Below are positions 34,594-44,621 of a stretch of 64,000 nt of DNA, in pieces. The notes below the pieces were generated by a model. The model had not been told where the DNA came from and made no database searches. It saw nothing but the letters and a program-made list of their open reading frames with translations. The stretch lies in IMG/VR virus record IMGVR_UViG_3300020419_000005. The stretch is one strand, 5' to 3'. A program made the position numbers and the translations under genes. The stretch's first letter is position 1; every line of letters begins with the position of its first letter. Origin of the DNA: a virus.

Positions 34594-37023
34594 TTAATTT
34601 AACATCAATGGCAACCCGTAAATATTGGTAGGACCAACTCTACAACCGAATGATGCTTTACCTGCTGTTACACCGTATCTTATAGTTCCTACACCTAGAA
34701 CACTATTAGTAATAGCACCTATACCTTTAATTCTTTCTGTGATAATTGAAGGAACACCTGCACCAACACCAATGGTTGCTCTAACAGAACCAACTGTACC
34801 ACCCATAGTTTCAACTATACCACAAGGTTTTGTAGTTCCCACAACAGAACGTATATAAGCAGCAGGTAATAAAGATCCTGTTAATCCTTCACTTTGTAAT
34901 ACAACATCAGGACCTTTTATCATAGTTAATCTACCTGTAATAGCAATAGGTAGAGGATTTAACATACCAATCATTGTATAGATTTGGTTGTTTACAAAAT
35001 TAGTTTCCCAAGCACATTCGTTGATAATCTCACCAGAAATAGCATTCATTAATGCTTGTGCTTTATTGTTGATACTATTTGCATTGACTTCATAGTCGCC
35101 AATAGCAGTCATTGTCATATTTGCTGCTTGTATTCCATAAGTTCCTTGATAGTTTACTTCGTGATCAGCAGCAACAACCTGTGTAGATTTTGCTTGTTGT
35201 GTTCCTGCTGTAGATCCATCTTCACCTTCTACACCAACACCATTTGATGCGTGTTGATCGTGTGAACCACCAACTTCTACTTTAAAATCTCCATTAACTT
35301 TTAAAGTGTAATCACCTTCAATAGTTACACAATGATTACCTTTGACGTTTGTACATAAATCCTTACCAACAATTTTAGTTTCATTTCCAGGTTGGTTATA
35401 ATGTGTATTACCAAAACGATCTGATATTTTAGTCTGTCCACCTGTATCCATAACAATAGTCTTCTCTTTACCTTTGTTATTATCTTGGATAATAGAAGAA
35501 CCATTCATAAAGGTTTGCACTTCCATATCATAGGATTTTAGACCTTGATACATTTCAGTGATAATATCACCTTGAGTTTGTGGTTTACCAGTTACGACAT
35601 CTATACCAACCTCTCGTGTCATAAATTCTGGAGCAGTTGTGCAACTGCTAGATCCCCACAATGGCAACCAGAAATTACTCTTAGATTTTCTTATCTGTCG
35701 TCCACAATTTTTCTTTGCTAATAAAGATGTAATTAAACCAAGAATTATTTTTACAATATTCTGGAAGTTTAACTTACTAAAATCCATTTGGAAGATACTT
35801 TGGATCTTACCTACCATTGATCTAAACTTACCAATAGCATCTCTTGCAGTTGCTATCGCAGAAACAATAACATTAATAGTTTTAGTTATCTTTTGTAGAC
35901 CTGCTTTTATCTTACCCATTATGGCACCTACTGCACCACTTACAGCAGTAGCAATACCATCATATACCTTCTGTACTATCATACCTGACAATGTAGCAGC
36001 AAACGCAGCGGTATTACTAAATGCAGACGATATTAGACCTAATATATGTGCTGCCTCAAACTTACAGAATATAGTGAAGAGTGATGATGCTACATCCATT
36101 AAAGTTGTGATAATACCTGTAGGTATAACATTACTAAGTAATGATTTTAGTTTTCCTATAACTGCTTCTATAACTTTTGCCATCACTTCTTTCATCCAAG
36201 ACATAATGCCTGAGATTCCATTAGCAATCGCTAGGTTAATACCTTTCATTGCTTTATTTAATATTTTATTATCTACCTTCTTACCTGTAATAATAGAAAT
36301 CATATTACCCGCAGGATCTTTTGCTAACGATGATGCAAGATTACCTGCTTCTCTTAACATTCTCTCTAAATCTGTCTCAAATCCTGCTCCCGCAGGTCCT
36401 GCTGCTCCATCTGCAATACCAAAAATATCGGTAGGAATCAGCATAGGGTTTGTTGCATAATGTCCTTCAAGTCCTCTACCTAAAATACCAAGAATACCTC
36501 TATCTGTTGCTTCTCCACCATCTGAATTTGCAGGTTGTTCTCCTGTCTTATTAAATGGAGTTCCTCCTGCTACATCGGTTCCTGAGTAATCTTGTGATTG
36601 TTCTGGTAGTGGATCTGGTGCCTTTGTTGGGTCTGCTATAACTGTTGTAGATACATTTGAATCTGATCCACTCTCATCCGACTTAAATCCTCTAAAAGAA
36701 CCTATAACAACTGGTAATTGTGCTTCTTCTCCATCTAAGAAAAATCCTAGAACCTGTGCACCAACTTCCAATGCTGTAGTTGTTCCTGTATTTTTTATAC
36801 CTGCTTGGTCTGTAGGCAACAAAACTTGTGCCCAAGGCAATGACTTAGTAGGAACTGTAGTTAAATATGCTTCTTTTGACTGAGTACCTGTGTACCAACC
36901 TAAAATACGCACACGAACTCTACCAATCTCTTGTGGATCTTCTTTATCCTCGACTTCTCCGACCCACCACGTGAATCCGTCGCGACCCATCACATCAGTT
37001 GTACCTTGTAAAGCAGTTGTCAT
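34594..37023 (-). CDS. gp5: baseplate central spike, T4 gp5-like
   Basis: GRDGFTWWVGEVED..DP..GRVRVRILG..LPWA..VLGFFLDG OB-fold; V.G..beta-helix repeats; ATAAATA upstream. Confidence 0.9.
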   Translation of the reverse strand: MTTALQGTTDVMGRDGFTWWVGEVEDKEDPQEIGRVRVRILGWYTGTQSKEAYLTTVPTKSLPWAQVLLPTDQAGIKNTGTTTALEVGAQVLGFFLDGEEAQLPVVIGSFRGFKSDESGSDSNVSTTVIADPTKAPDPLPEQSQDYSGTDVAGGTPFNKTGEQPANSDGGEATDRGILGILGRGLEGHYATNPMLIPTDIFGIADGAAGPAGAGFETDLERMLREAGNLASSLAKDPAGNMISIITGKKVDNKILNKAMKGINLAIANGISGIMSWMKEVMAKVIEAVIGKLKSLLSNVIPTGIITTLMDVASSLFTIFCKFEAAHILGLISSAFSNTAAFAATLSGMIVQKVYDGIATAVSGAVGAIMGKIKAGLQKITKTINVIVSAIATARDAIGKFRSMVGKIQSIFQMDFSKLNFQNIVKIILGLITSLLAKKNCGRQIRKSKSNFWLPLWGSSSCTTAPEFMTREVGIDVVTGKPQTQGDIITEMYQGLKSYDMEVQTFMNGSSIIQDNNKGKEKTIVMDTGGQTKISDRFGNTHYNQPGNETKIVGKDLCTNVKGNHCVTIEGDYTLKVNGDFKVEVGGSHDQHASNGVGVEGEDGSTAGTQQAKSTQVVAADHEVNYQGTYGIQAANMTMTAIGDYEVNANSINNKAQALMNAISGEIINECAWETNFVNNQIYTMIGMLNPLPIAITGRLTMIKGPDVVLQSEGLTGSLLPAAYIRSVVGTTKPCGIVETMGGTVGSVRATIGVGAGVPSIITERIKGIGAITNSVLGVGTIRYGVTAGKASFGCRVGPTNIYGLPLMLN

Positions 37024-37047
37024 TGTTAAGTTATCCTCCGTTTTTAT

Positions 37048-37605
37048 TTATGCGTAGGAGATCCATCCTGTAGCGATTATTTTCTCTTCTGGTGACGTAA
37101 GACCGTGATGAACGTGAGTCCAATCTGCTGGCCAGAACACCGTTAAACCTTTCTCAGGTTTTATTTTTCTGTCTTGATGTATCCAGTATGTTTCACCACC
37201 TTCATTAATTGTATTTAAGTAAGTCATCCAAGCAAGATGCCTATAGGATGCAGTCTTACCAGACCCGATTCTTTCACAATGAGGGCGGTGATAACCACCT
37301 GTATTTGCAGGATACCATTGTATATTGAACGGTTCATTCAATTCAACGGGTGCCATACAAGCGTACGGGAATCTTTCAAGGTATTTATCAAGAACTGTTT
37401 GTAGTTCTCCTAAGAAAATACGAACTGCCTTATCATTGAGAAAAGGAGGTATTGCCATATCAACAGACTTCTTGATGGTAGGGTCTACCCCATCAGAGAA
37501 CTCTCCATTAACCTTTTTAAGATAAGTACAATTATCCCAAAATTCCAGTAAATTGTCAATAGTGAGATCACTTATATGATCTCCATAGATAAAATCAGTC
37601 GTCAT
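37048..37605 (-). CDS. 2OG-Fe(II) oxygenase (prolyl-4-hydroxylase-like)
   Basis: HCE..RHLAWMTYLN..GGET..KG..WPADWTHVHHG..K.IATGW. Confidence 0.85.
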   Translation of the reverse strand: MTTDFIYGDHISDLTIDNLLEFWDNCTYLKKVNGEFSDGVDPTIKKSVDMAIPPFLNDKAVRIFLGELQTVLDKYLERFPYACMAPVELNEPFNIQWYPANTGGYHRPHCERIGSGKTASYRHLAWMTYLNTINEGGETYWIHQDRKIKPEKGLTVFWPADWTHVHHGLTSPEEKIIATGWISYA

Positions 37606-37822
37606 ATACTAAACACTCTGGTTCTTCTGGATGCTGATCGCACCATAGTTCCAATGCGTTAGGGTCGTGATGATCTCCTGCTTCTATCTCTTCTTTATGA
37701 TGTTCTGCATACTCTTCTAAGTCGTGCAGTTCTTCTTTTGCGTGTCTGCGTGCAGCAGGGTTCATTGTTGGATCATCAATGATGTCCTTGTCTTTTTTAA
37801 TGTGGTCTTCGATGTTTTTCAT
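37595..37822 (-). CDS. cp12: Calvin cycle inhibitor CP12
   Basis: C-terminal LELWCDQHPEEPECLVYDD; start MKNIEDH. Confidence 0.9.
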   Translation of the reverse strand: MKNIEDHIKKDKDIIDDPTMNPAARRHAKEELHDLEEYAEHHKEEIEAGDHHDPNALELWCDQHPEEPECLVYDD

Positions 37823-39201
37823 AAAATGCTGTCCTTTGCTAAATTTAGTTTGGTTGTGATTCCTGGTGCTTCCCACTTGTGTTTCAAACCAATCACAATA
37901 TACTTACCAGAATACAATTCGTCAAGTTCCAAACGTTCGGATTGCCCTTCAGTCTGTGACATAGGTATTCTGACATCAATAATGTCACCTGCATCTATGG
38001 AAATATTTCCAGGGACTGTTATATCTAGTCTAATAGTATTTAACAGTTGCCAACGTGATGCAGAATATGCTGAACTTGTAACGGAGTCAAAGGTCATATT
38101 CTTTGACGTACCTTCTGGGTTTGTTGAATTTTGAGCATTCTTCATACCTGGAAGTGCTCTAATCTTCATACGAGTTGGTTTTTCTTCTGAAAAATACTCG
38201 TCATTTGCAGTAGGGTAAGGGAAACCACTGTTTAGATTACTAGATAGATTCCATACTTTCTTAGCACCCATATTAACTGGAGCGTTTATAGATCCCGCAG
38301 GTGCTGATCCTGCTTTATTAGTTTCTGCTGTACCACCTGAGTCAGGTAAAAATCCCTCAGTCAAAGCGGGCATCAGTATTCCAATAACAAAATTACTATA
38401 CAGTCCAGTACGCATCTTTTCTAAGTGATTTGCACGATCTGGATAGTTTATTGACTCTATATTATAAGCGTTTGTATCATTGTCTGTCAAGTTTGCTTGT
38501 ACATAAGTATATACTTTGGGGTTTGTAAAAGATGGATTCTTCTTGGAACATAGGTAATCCATTGTTGCAAAATTCATACCTTTACGTGTTTGCCAGTACA
38601 TATATCCAGGTCTTTTTGATACTGAACCTACAATTTTATCTGAAATATATGAAATCACATCATAGGGTCTCCAAGACGTAGATATAAAACTAAAATTACC
38701 AGAAGATTCTTCCCAATGGTTGTGTTGTGTTTCTTTTAGATATGTCTTCTCAACATCTTTAACAGTATCAGATCCCTTTTGATCTTCAAATGATTTAAAA
38801 ACACGATTGGTTTCATTTAATGCTGTGGAAGGTGATGTGGTATATAAAATGTAAGTCTGTGCACGTTCTGATTTTGTAACGTTACCAACTTTATATACTT
38901 TTTGTATTATTTCTAATTCTTCATCACCTGATGAATCAGTTTTCATAGAGAGTCTTATATACTCATTACCGTTTAATTTTAATGCTAAATCTATGGTGTC
39001 ATAAATCACTATTTCCATTCTCATTGTAGGAGAATCTACAGAGGATATAATATTAAATGCAGAACATAATCCACGGAGATCAAAAGCATTTTCTCCACTA
39101 AAACTTAATTGAGACAAATCCTCTTTAGGAGAAGTATCTTTACCTAAAACTAAAAGACCAAACTCATCTATATTGTAACCTTTGGGTTGATAATCTGCCA
39201 T
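37819..39201 (-). CDS. baseplate hub protein (gp27-like)
   Basis: ITVPGN..I.AGDII...LYSGKYIV..LKH; position upstream of gp5. Confidence 0.65.
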   Translation of the reverse strand: MADYQPKGYNIDEFGLLVLGKDTSPKEDLSQLSFSGENAFDLRGLCSAFNIISSVDSPTMRMEIVIYDTIDLALKLNGNEYIRLSMKTDSSGDEELEIIQKVYKVGNVTKSERAQTYILYTTSPSTALNETNRVFKSFEDQKGSDTVKDVEKTYLKETQHNHWEESSGNFSFISTSWRPYDVISYISDKIVGSVSKRPGYMYWQTRKGMNFATMDYLCSKKNPSFTNPKVYTYVQANLTDNDTNAYNIESINYPDRANHLEKMRTGLYSNFVIGILMPALTEGFLPDSGGTAETNKAGSAPAGSINAPVNMGAKKVWNLSSNLNSGFPYPTANDEYFSEEKPTRMKIRALPGMKNAQNSTNPEGTSKNMTFDSVTSSAYSASRWQLLNTIRLDITVPGNISIDAGDIIDVRIPMSQTEGQSERLELDELYSGKYIVIGLKHKWEAPGITTKLNLAKDSIL

Positions 39202-41402
39202 TAGAATAAGTTACTCGGTGATGTGTTTTTCTCAGTCATATATCCAAATCGACTTTGAATATAACTGTTAATCTCATCTGGTTTAGATGGGAGAACAATT
39301 TCTTGATCAGATCCACCTCCCTGCTTTGTTAGGAGAGGTCTTTCTATTACATCTAAAACAACAGTTTCTATATTTGAAGTTAATGCAGCACTTTCTAGTT
39401 GTTCCTCTGCTTGATTAACACTACCTATTAGTGATGCTAACATTGTTCCTGTGTCACCTTTACTACCAATAATTGTTGCTGCTTCTAATAATCTTCTTAT
39501 AGAAAGACTAGGATCTTTACGGGTATCTGGTGTATCTATAGGAACTATCATCTCCTCTCCGTGACCTACAAATCCACCTATTGATCTACTCAATATAGGA
39601 TTGAATCCTACAGGATAACCTGATTGTGGTCCACGTATTAGTCCACCTTTACTCATACCACCTTTCAAACTTTCAAGCATTGCTATAGTATCGTTCCAAC
39701 TTCTAGTACTCTTACTTACTGCACTTTCATTTGCAGGTATCTCATCAAAGAACTTTGATAGGTTTAAAGCAAATTGATTTACATCTATCTGATCACCCAA
39801 GAAATCTTGGAAACCTGCCATATTCTTCAGTTCTTTGAAGATAGTATCTTGACCTGCGGGATCGAATTTGAAAGTTTTAGGGTCTTTACCAGAATTTTTT
39901 AGTGCTGCTAAAGCATTAGATAATTTTATACCATAACGACCTATCTCTGTACCTTCACCATACAGTGCAACTAATTCTTCAACAGTTTTCTGAGTTAAGG
40001 AAGTATCCATACCATCAGGTATTGCATCATATCTATTATTAGATGCCTCTTTAGCGATAAAGTCACCTAAGAAATTAGGTAAGTTTAATGGATATGTAGA
40101 ACCACCTTTACCACCAAACGTTTCCTGACTAGCAGACGTTACCCCTGAGAATGTATTAGAAGAAGTTATACTCTCTTCTGTTTCTTGACTTCCACTTCCT
40201 CCTGATACCCAACTTAAAACTTTTGTTAAACCAGTTAATAATGTAATCAAAGGTGCCATAGCATACTTGCCTATGAAACTTGCAATCTCTAATATTCTAG
40301 GCATATGTGGTTCTATAAAATCAAGAACTTTTCCTACTGTTTCTGCATATTGTACAAAGAATTTCTTTATTGCATCACCAACTGGTTTTAGAGTTTTATT
40401 GACCCACGCACCAACTCTAGCAAAGAATTTCTTTATCGGTTCTATAATATTTTTTACAATAGGACCAACATACTTACCTACGTGTTTACCTAAAAATCCA
40501 CCAAGAAGATTACCAATAGCACCACCAATTCCAGGTAATAACTGATTTCCTAATGCACCAAGTGCCATAGCACCAGTTGTTGCACCAACTCCTCCACCGA
40601 CTGCTGCTGATTGTCTATCCTCTTCTGGAATATCCTCATCATTCATTATATCATTATACGCTAGGAATCCTTGTCCTAAACCTAACGCTGCTTGACCAAG
40701 AACATTACCACCAAATACTTTTGCTAAGTTAAGAACACCTTTACCAACTAACTGAAGCATACTACTGAATGCTTTTAACATTGTTGCAGGGTTTTTTAGA
40801 AATGCTAGTCCTGCTCCAACTAAACCTACTCCTGCTAATAACTTGGTTGCACCTCCAAGTCTCGTCATAAATGACTTTCCATCACCAAATAATTGATTCC
40901 AAGATTTACCTATCCAACTAACTATCCCTGATACTACGTTCCATAAACCTTTTAACATTATTCCAAGTCTATTCATTATCTTCGTCAATTTTTTCTGATT
41001 CTCATCTTTAGAAATCCAGTCTAAAGTGCTAAAAATTAACAAACCTTTAAACAATTTACCGAGATTTCCCATAAAACTCGAACCAGTTTTACCTAATAAC
41101 GCACCAACAGCAAAACCTAAAGATCCTTTTAAGAATCCTTTTGCCATTTTAGCAGCATTTGATTTATCTCTGGCAAGTTGATTTTTTCTTGCCATCTCTG
41201 CTAGTTGCTGTTGCTGATTTAATCTAGTTGTTAATATTGCAGTACCTATACTGTTTACAGTTGCTCCTAGGGAATTAATTGCAGTAATAGTCGTGGAGAA
41301 TTTAGAACCCGTTACTGTCTTATTGCCAATAGTAACCGTCGCACCTTTATCCTCTGGGGGTGTGATAAATTTATAAAATCTTATTGACTTTTGATCTGCC
41401 AT
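39201..41402 (-). CDS. tape-measure-like tail protein with lysozyme-like domain
   Basis: G/A/L-rich helical repeats; FIAKE..RYD..TVEE..IGRYG..FDPAGQD; GG....GPQSGYP. Confidence 0.6.
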   Translation of the reverse strand: MADQKSIRFYKFITPPEDKGATVTIGNKTVTGSKFSTTITAINSLGATVNSIGTAILTTRLNQQQQLAEMARKNQLARDKSNAAKMAKGFLKGSLGFAVGALLGKTGSSFMGNLGKLFKGLLIFSTLDWISKDENQKKLTKIMNRLGIMLKGLWNVVSGIVSWIGKSWNQLFGDGKSFMTRLGGATKLLAGVGLVGAGLAFLKNPATMLKAFSSMLQLVGKGVLNLAKVFGGNVLGQAALGLGQGFLAYNDIMNDEDIPEEDRQSAAVGGGVGATTGAMALGALGNQLLPGIGGAIGNLLGGFLGKHVGKYVGPIVKNIIEPIKKFFARVGAWVNKTLKPVGDAIKKFFVQYAETVGKVLDFIEPHMPRILEIASFIGKYAMAPLITLLTGLTKVLSWVSGGSGSQETEESITSSNTFSGVTSASQETFGGKGGSTYPLNLPNFLGDFIAKEASNNRYDAIPDGMDTSLTQKTVEELVALYGEGTEIGRYGIKLSNALAALKNSGKDPKTFKFDPAGQDTIFKELKNMAGFQDFLGDQIDVNQFALNLSKFFDEIPANESAVSKSTRSWNDTIAMLESLKGGMSKGGLIRGPQSGYPVGFNPILSRSIGGFVGHGEEMIVPIDTPDTRKDPSLSIRRLLEAATIIGSKGDTGTMLASLIGSVNQAEEQLESAALTSNIETVVLDVIERPLLTKQGGGSDQEIVLPSKPDEINSYIQSRFGYMTEKNTSPSNLF

Positions 41403-43678
41403 TAGTAAACAGTTGCCTCATTCTCTTGATATTGAACACCTAGTCCATCATCTGTAGTAACAGAAGGTTGAACAATAGGTTGAACAACAACTTTGTTGTC
41501 TCCTACCTTATATACCTTTTCCTGTTTTAGTTCTCCACCATTGTTAACAACAGTGCTAGTTATCTCTGATGGATTAACACTATTAGTTAGGATCTTTTCT
41601 TCTTCTGGTGCAGGAAATATCTCAGGATATAAATCTGCAATATCCATCCTACCTTTGTTATATCCACCTTCAACCTTATGGTTTGTAAATGCTTGTAATA
41701 AAAGGAATGTAGATTTTGATGTTAATTTTTTATTACCTTTACCACCCTTTTTATATTTTCTAGCATCCATCAATTCACCTATTTTATCACCAGGTTTTAC
41801 TCTTGTCTTATGATTAATCGTAGGTATTATGTTTCTGTATCCAATATCTTCATTTCCCGCATCACCTTCAATAATCATTCCTCCTCTTCTGTAATCACCT
41901 GACGATTTACCTTTCTGGTATCCCCATTGTCGAACTTTTCCTGCTTTTACAGCAAAAACATCTATTGGAAATTTTGTTGGATCAGTCGGTCTTACTACTC
42001 TACCACCTTTCAATCCTAATTTATCTTTTACAGTTCCTACTTCAAAATCTAAGAATCCACTTTTTAATGGAAACACAGCAGGAAGTAACGCAGTCACCTC
42101 TTCATTTGCTTGTGCTGTTTGTTCTGCTAATAATACTGCTTGCTCTTTTTTTAATTTCTCTTTATATTCTTTTTCTTTTGCAATACGTTCACCAACAGTA
42201 TATCTCCAATTCCATCTTTTGAAGTCTGAACCTTCTTTTTTCTGTAGTTTTTCTAAGGTACTCAACTTTTTAGTTGAGTCAACTACGTCTATTGTCTTGT
42301 TTTCTGTTTTTGCATCTATTTTTTGTTGATCATTAGCAAAAGGATTTATAGTTACAACATTATTAATCAACTTTTTACCTGAGTTGACCAATCTCATTAA
42401 TTCATATAATGCTTCTTCTACCCAAACAGAATTTAATATATTACCAATTTTTTCTATTCCTGATTCTACAAGGGGTTTAAATATTTCTTTCATCTTGTCG
42501 AAAAATGGTGCCAATCCAGTACTCCACAAGTCAACAAATGCGTCTGATATTGGTTTGTAAAATGCCTTGAAGATGTCAAAGTACATACCAAATGCTCTCT
42601 TCATAGGTTTGAACATTGGTGTGAAGGCATCACCTAAGAATGCACCTATCTTGTCTCCTAAGAACGATCCTATTAACTGACCAACAATCGGACCGAATGG
42701 ACCAAGCACAGGTGTAAGTAATGCACCCATAGCAATACCACCAATAGCAGCACCTGCACCACCACCGATAGCATTTTGTAAAGACTTACCTGATGACAAT
42801 CTATTTGCAAATGAGAATATACCTGCTAATCCTGCCATTCCTCCACCTTTGAGGAATCTACCTGCACCTTTACCAAACCCTTTAAGGAATTTACTTCCTT
42901 TCTGTAAAAATCTACCACCCTTGACTTTGGCAAGACGTTTTAAACGAAGCATTCTTTTAGCACGCAATGCTTGTTTTAATTTTCTCTGTTGTATTATCCT
43001 TCTACCTTCTGCAAATCTCTTACCTGATCCTTGTTTACCAAATCTAAGAAAATCTACCATTTTCTTCAATTTTTTAAAATCACCTATCAATTTCCACGGT
43101 CTCAATATTCTACCTGCTATCCATAATCCACCTATTCCACCTATAACTTTTAATATTCCCATTATAGGACTATTTTCAGCAAGTCCATCAAATATTAGAC
43201 CTATGCTACCAGATGTTACTTTATAAAGTGATTTAAACCAACCACCAATGACTGCCAAACCTATTTTTAAATCATTCCTAGTCCCAGGCATTTCTAAGAA
43301 AGATAATATCAACCACCCTGCTGCTGCCTTTGCTAACCATTTTAGGGGTTTTAAAAGTGATTCTAACCACGCCCATTTTTTACCACTCTTTTTAACTTCT
43401 TGTTTAGCACCTTTCTCTACCTCTTGCCCATTTATATTTTTGTTGTACTCCTCTTCCTTTTTTCTATCTGCTTCTAGTTGTCTCTGCCTCTCTGCCTCTG
43501 CACTAAGTAATGTACTCTGTTGTTTTGTTAGATCATTAATTAACATCTGACCAATATCTGCCACAGCAAATCCCAACCTATTGACACTAAAGGTCAAGGT
43601 CTTAACTGGATCTCCCGCAGGACCACTAGGTGTTGGTGCAAGAAATTTCTTTATTTTTAATGGTGCTTTCGTTGCCAC
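41402..43678 (-). CDS. tape-measure-like tail protein with degenerate M23-like domain
   Basis: GAAIGG..LGPFG..GS.LG repeats; VFAVKAGKV..VKPGDKIG. Confidence 0.6.
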   Translation of the reverse strand: MATKAPLKIKKFLAPTPSGPAGDPVKTLTFSVNRLGFAVADIGQMLINDLTKQQSTLLSAEAERQRQLEADRKKEEEYNKNINGQEVEKGAKQEVKKSGKKWAWLESLLKPLKWLAKAAAGWLILSFLEMPGTRNDLKIGLAVIGGWFKSLYKVTSGSIGLIFDGLAENSPIMGILKVIGGIGGLWIAGRILRPWKLIGDFKKLKKMVDFLRFGKQGSGKRFAEGRRIIQQRKLKQALRAKRMLRLKRLAKVKGGRFLQKGSKFLKGFGKGAGRFLKGGGMAGLAGIFSFANRLSSGKSLQNAIGGGAGAAIGGIAMGALLTPVLGPFGPIVGQLIGSFLGDKIGAFLGDAFTPMFKPMKRAFGMYFDIFKAFYKPISDAFVDLWSTGLAPFFDKMKEIFKPLVESGIEKIGNILNSVWVEEALYELMRLVNSGKKLINNVVTINPFANDQQKIDAKTENKTIDVVDSTKKLSTLEKLQKKEGSDFKRWNWRYTVGERIAKEKEYKEKLKKEQAVLLAEQTAQANEEVTALLPAVFPLKSGFLDFEVGTVKDKLGLKGGRVVRPTDPTKFPIDVFAVKAGKVRQWGYQKGKSSGDYRRGGMIIEGDAGNEDIGYRNIIPTINHKTRVKPGDKIGELMDARKYKKGGKGNKKLTSKSTFLLLQAFTNHKVEGGYNKGRMDIADLYPEIFPAPEEEKILTNSVNPSEITSTVVNNGGELKQEKVYKVGDNKVVVQPIVQPSVTTDDGLGVQYQENEATVY

Positions 43679-43852
43679 TTATAGTGTTTGATGTTGTGCG
43701 TTCGCTGCTTTTTGACGTGCTTCCTCTTCACGAAGATGTCGTATGAGCATATTTACATAGACATCCCTCTCCCAAGGCATCATTTGTTCTAATTCTGTAA
43801 GACTATATTTGTGGTATTGCATCATTGCAAAGTTAACCTCAAATATATTCAT
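43679..43852 (-). CDS. gp51: gp51-like baseplate hub assembly protein
   Basis: Manual: MNIFEVNFAMMQYHKYSLTELEQMMPWERDVYV... Confidence 0.85.
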   Translation of the reverse strand: MNIFEVNFAMMQYHKYSLTELEQMMPWERDVYVNMLIRHLREEEARQKAANAQHQTL

Positions 43853-43872
43853 CAATGTATCGTGTGAGAGGG

Positions 43873-44583
43873 CTATGCGAAAAAACTTGCCATCCCCTCT
43901 AGAACCATCTCACTTTTCTTCTCAGTCTTAGGATTAAAAACTTCAATAGTGTGAGATACTTTAGGCATTGTCTCAAAGAATTTCTGAACCTCTTGGAACT
44001 GTAGGTTATTCATACCTTCAAAGAAAGTTAGAAGTTCTCCTTTCTTGTATGCTTTTGCGTTTTCTACTTCATCACCGTTGGCAATTTTGTCAACACAATC
44101 TGCTGCAAGTTGGAAAATGTCATCAAGTTTAGGATCTTCTGATAGATTATTCTTCACAAATGTATCAATAGATGGATACTTCATTACAAGTGTGACATCA
44201 TCAGTAATCTTTACTTTATTTGAATGATCAGGAGGAACAATAACTTCCACCTCCTCAAGATTAACTTCTACATCAACTTGAGTTTCATTATCATCAGGAG
44301 CAACTACTTTAAACTCACTGACTTCACCTACTGACTTAGCACGAATACGAAGAAACAAATATTCAATATCAAATGTAGCAAGTGTATCTATTTTTTTAAC
44401 ACTCGTACAATTTTTAATAATCTCTTTTACTGCCTTTATCATTTCCTTTTGATCTTGAGATTCCATTGCCATATAAAGCAATTTCTCTTCACGAACTAGG
44501 AAAGGACGGTATGTTACTTTCTGACCGAAAGGTAGTGTGCACTCATACTCAGGGACCACGAGGGTCGGCAATGGCATTGGCAT
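43873..44583 (-). CDS. gp26: gp26-like baseplate hub subunit/chaperone
   Basis: MPLP..YRPFLVREEK..FDIEYLFLRIRAKSVGE..MKYP..FFETMPK..LEG..SFF; CTAAATA upstream. Confidence 0.9.
   Translation of the reverse strand: MPMPLPTLVVPEYECTLPFGQKVTYRPFLVREEKLLYMAMESQDQKEMIKAVKEIIKNCTSVKKIDTLATFDIEYLFLRIRAKSVGEVSEFKVVAPDDNETQVDVEVNLEEVEVIVPPDHSNKVKITDDVTLVMKYPSIDTFVKNNLSEDPKLDDIFQLAADCVDKIANGDEVENAKAYKKGELLTFFEGMNNLQFQEVQKFFETMPKVSHTIEVFNPKTEKKSEMVLEGMASFFA
43879..43885 (-). other. Predicted -1 slippery heptamer U-UUU-UUC fusing gp26 to gp51
   Basis: AGT TTT TTC GCA TAG; the -1 frame is open into the gp51 ATG. Confidence 0.65.
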
Positions 44584-44621
44584 AGTTTTAAATTCAATTC
44601 AATATGTAGTTATTTAGCACC

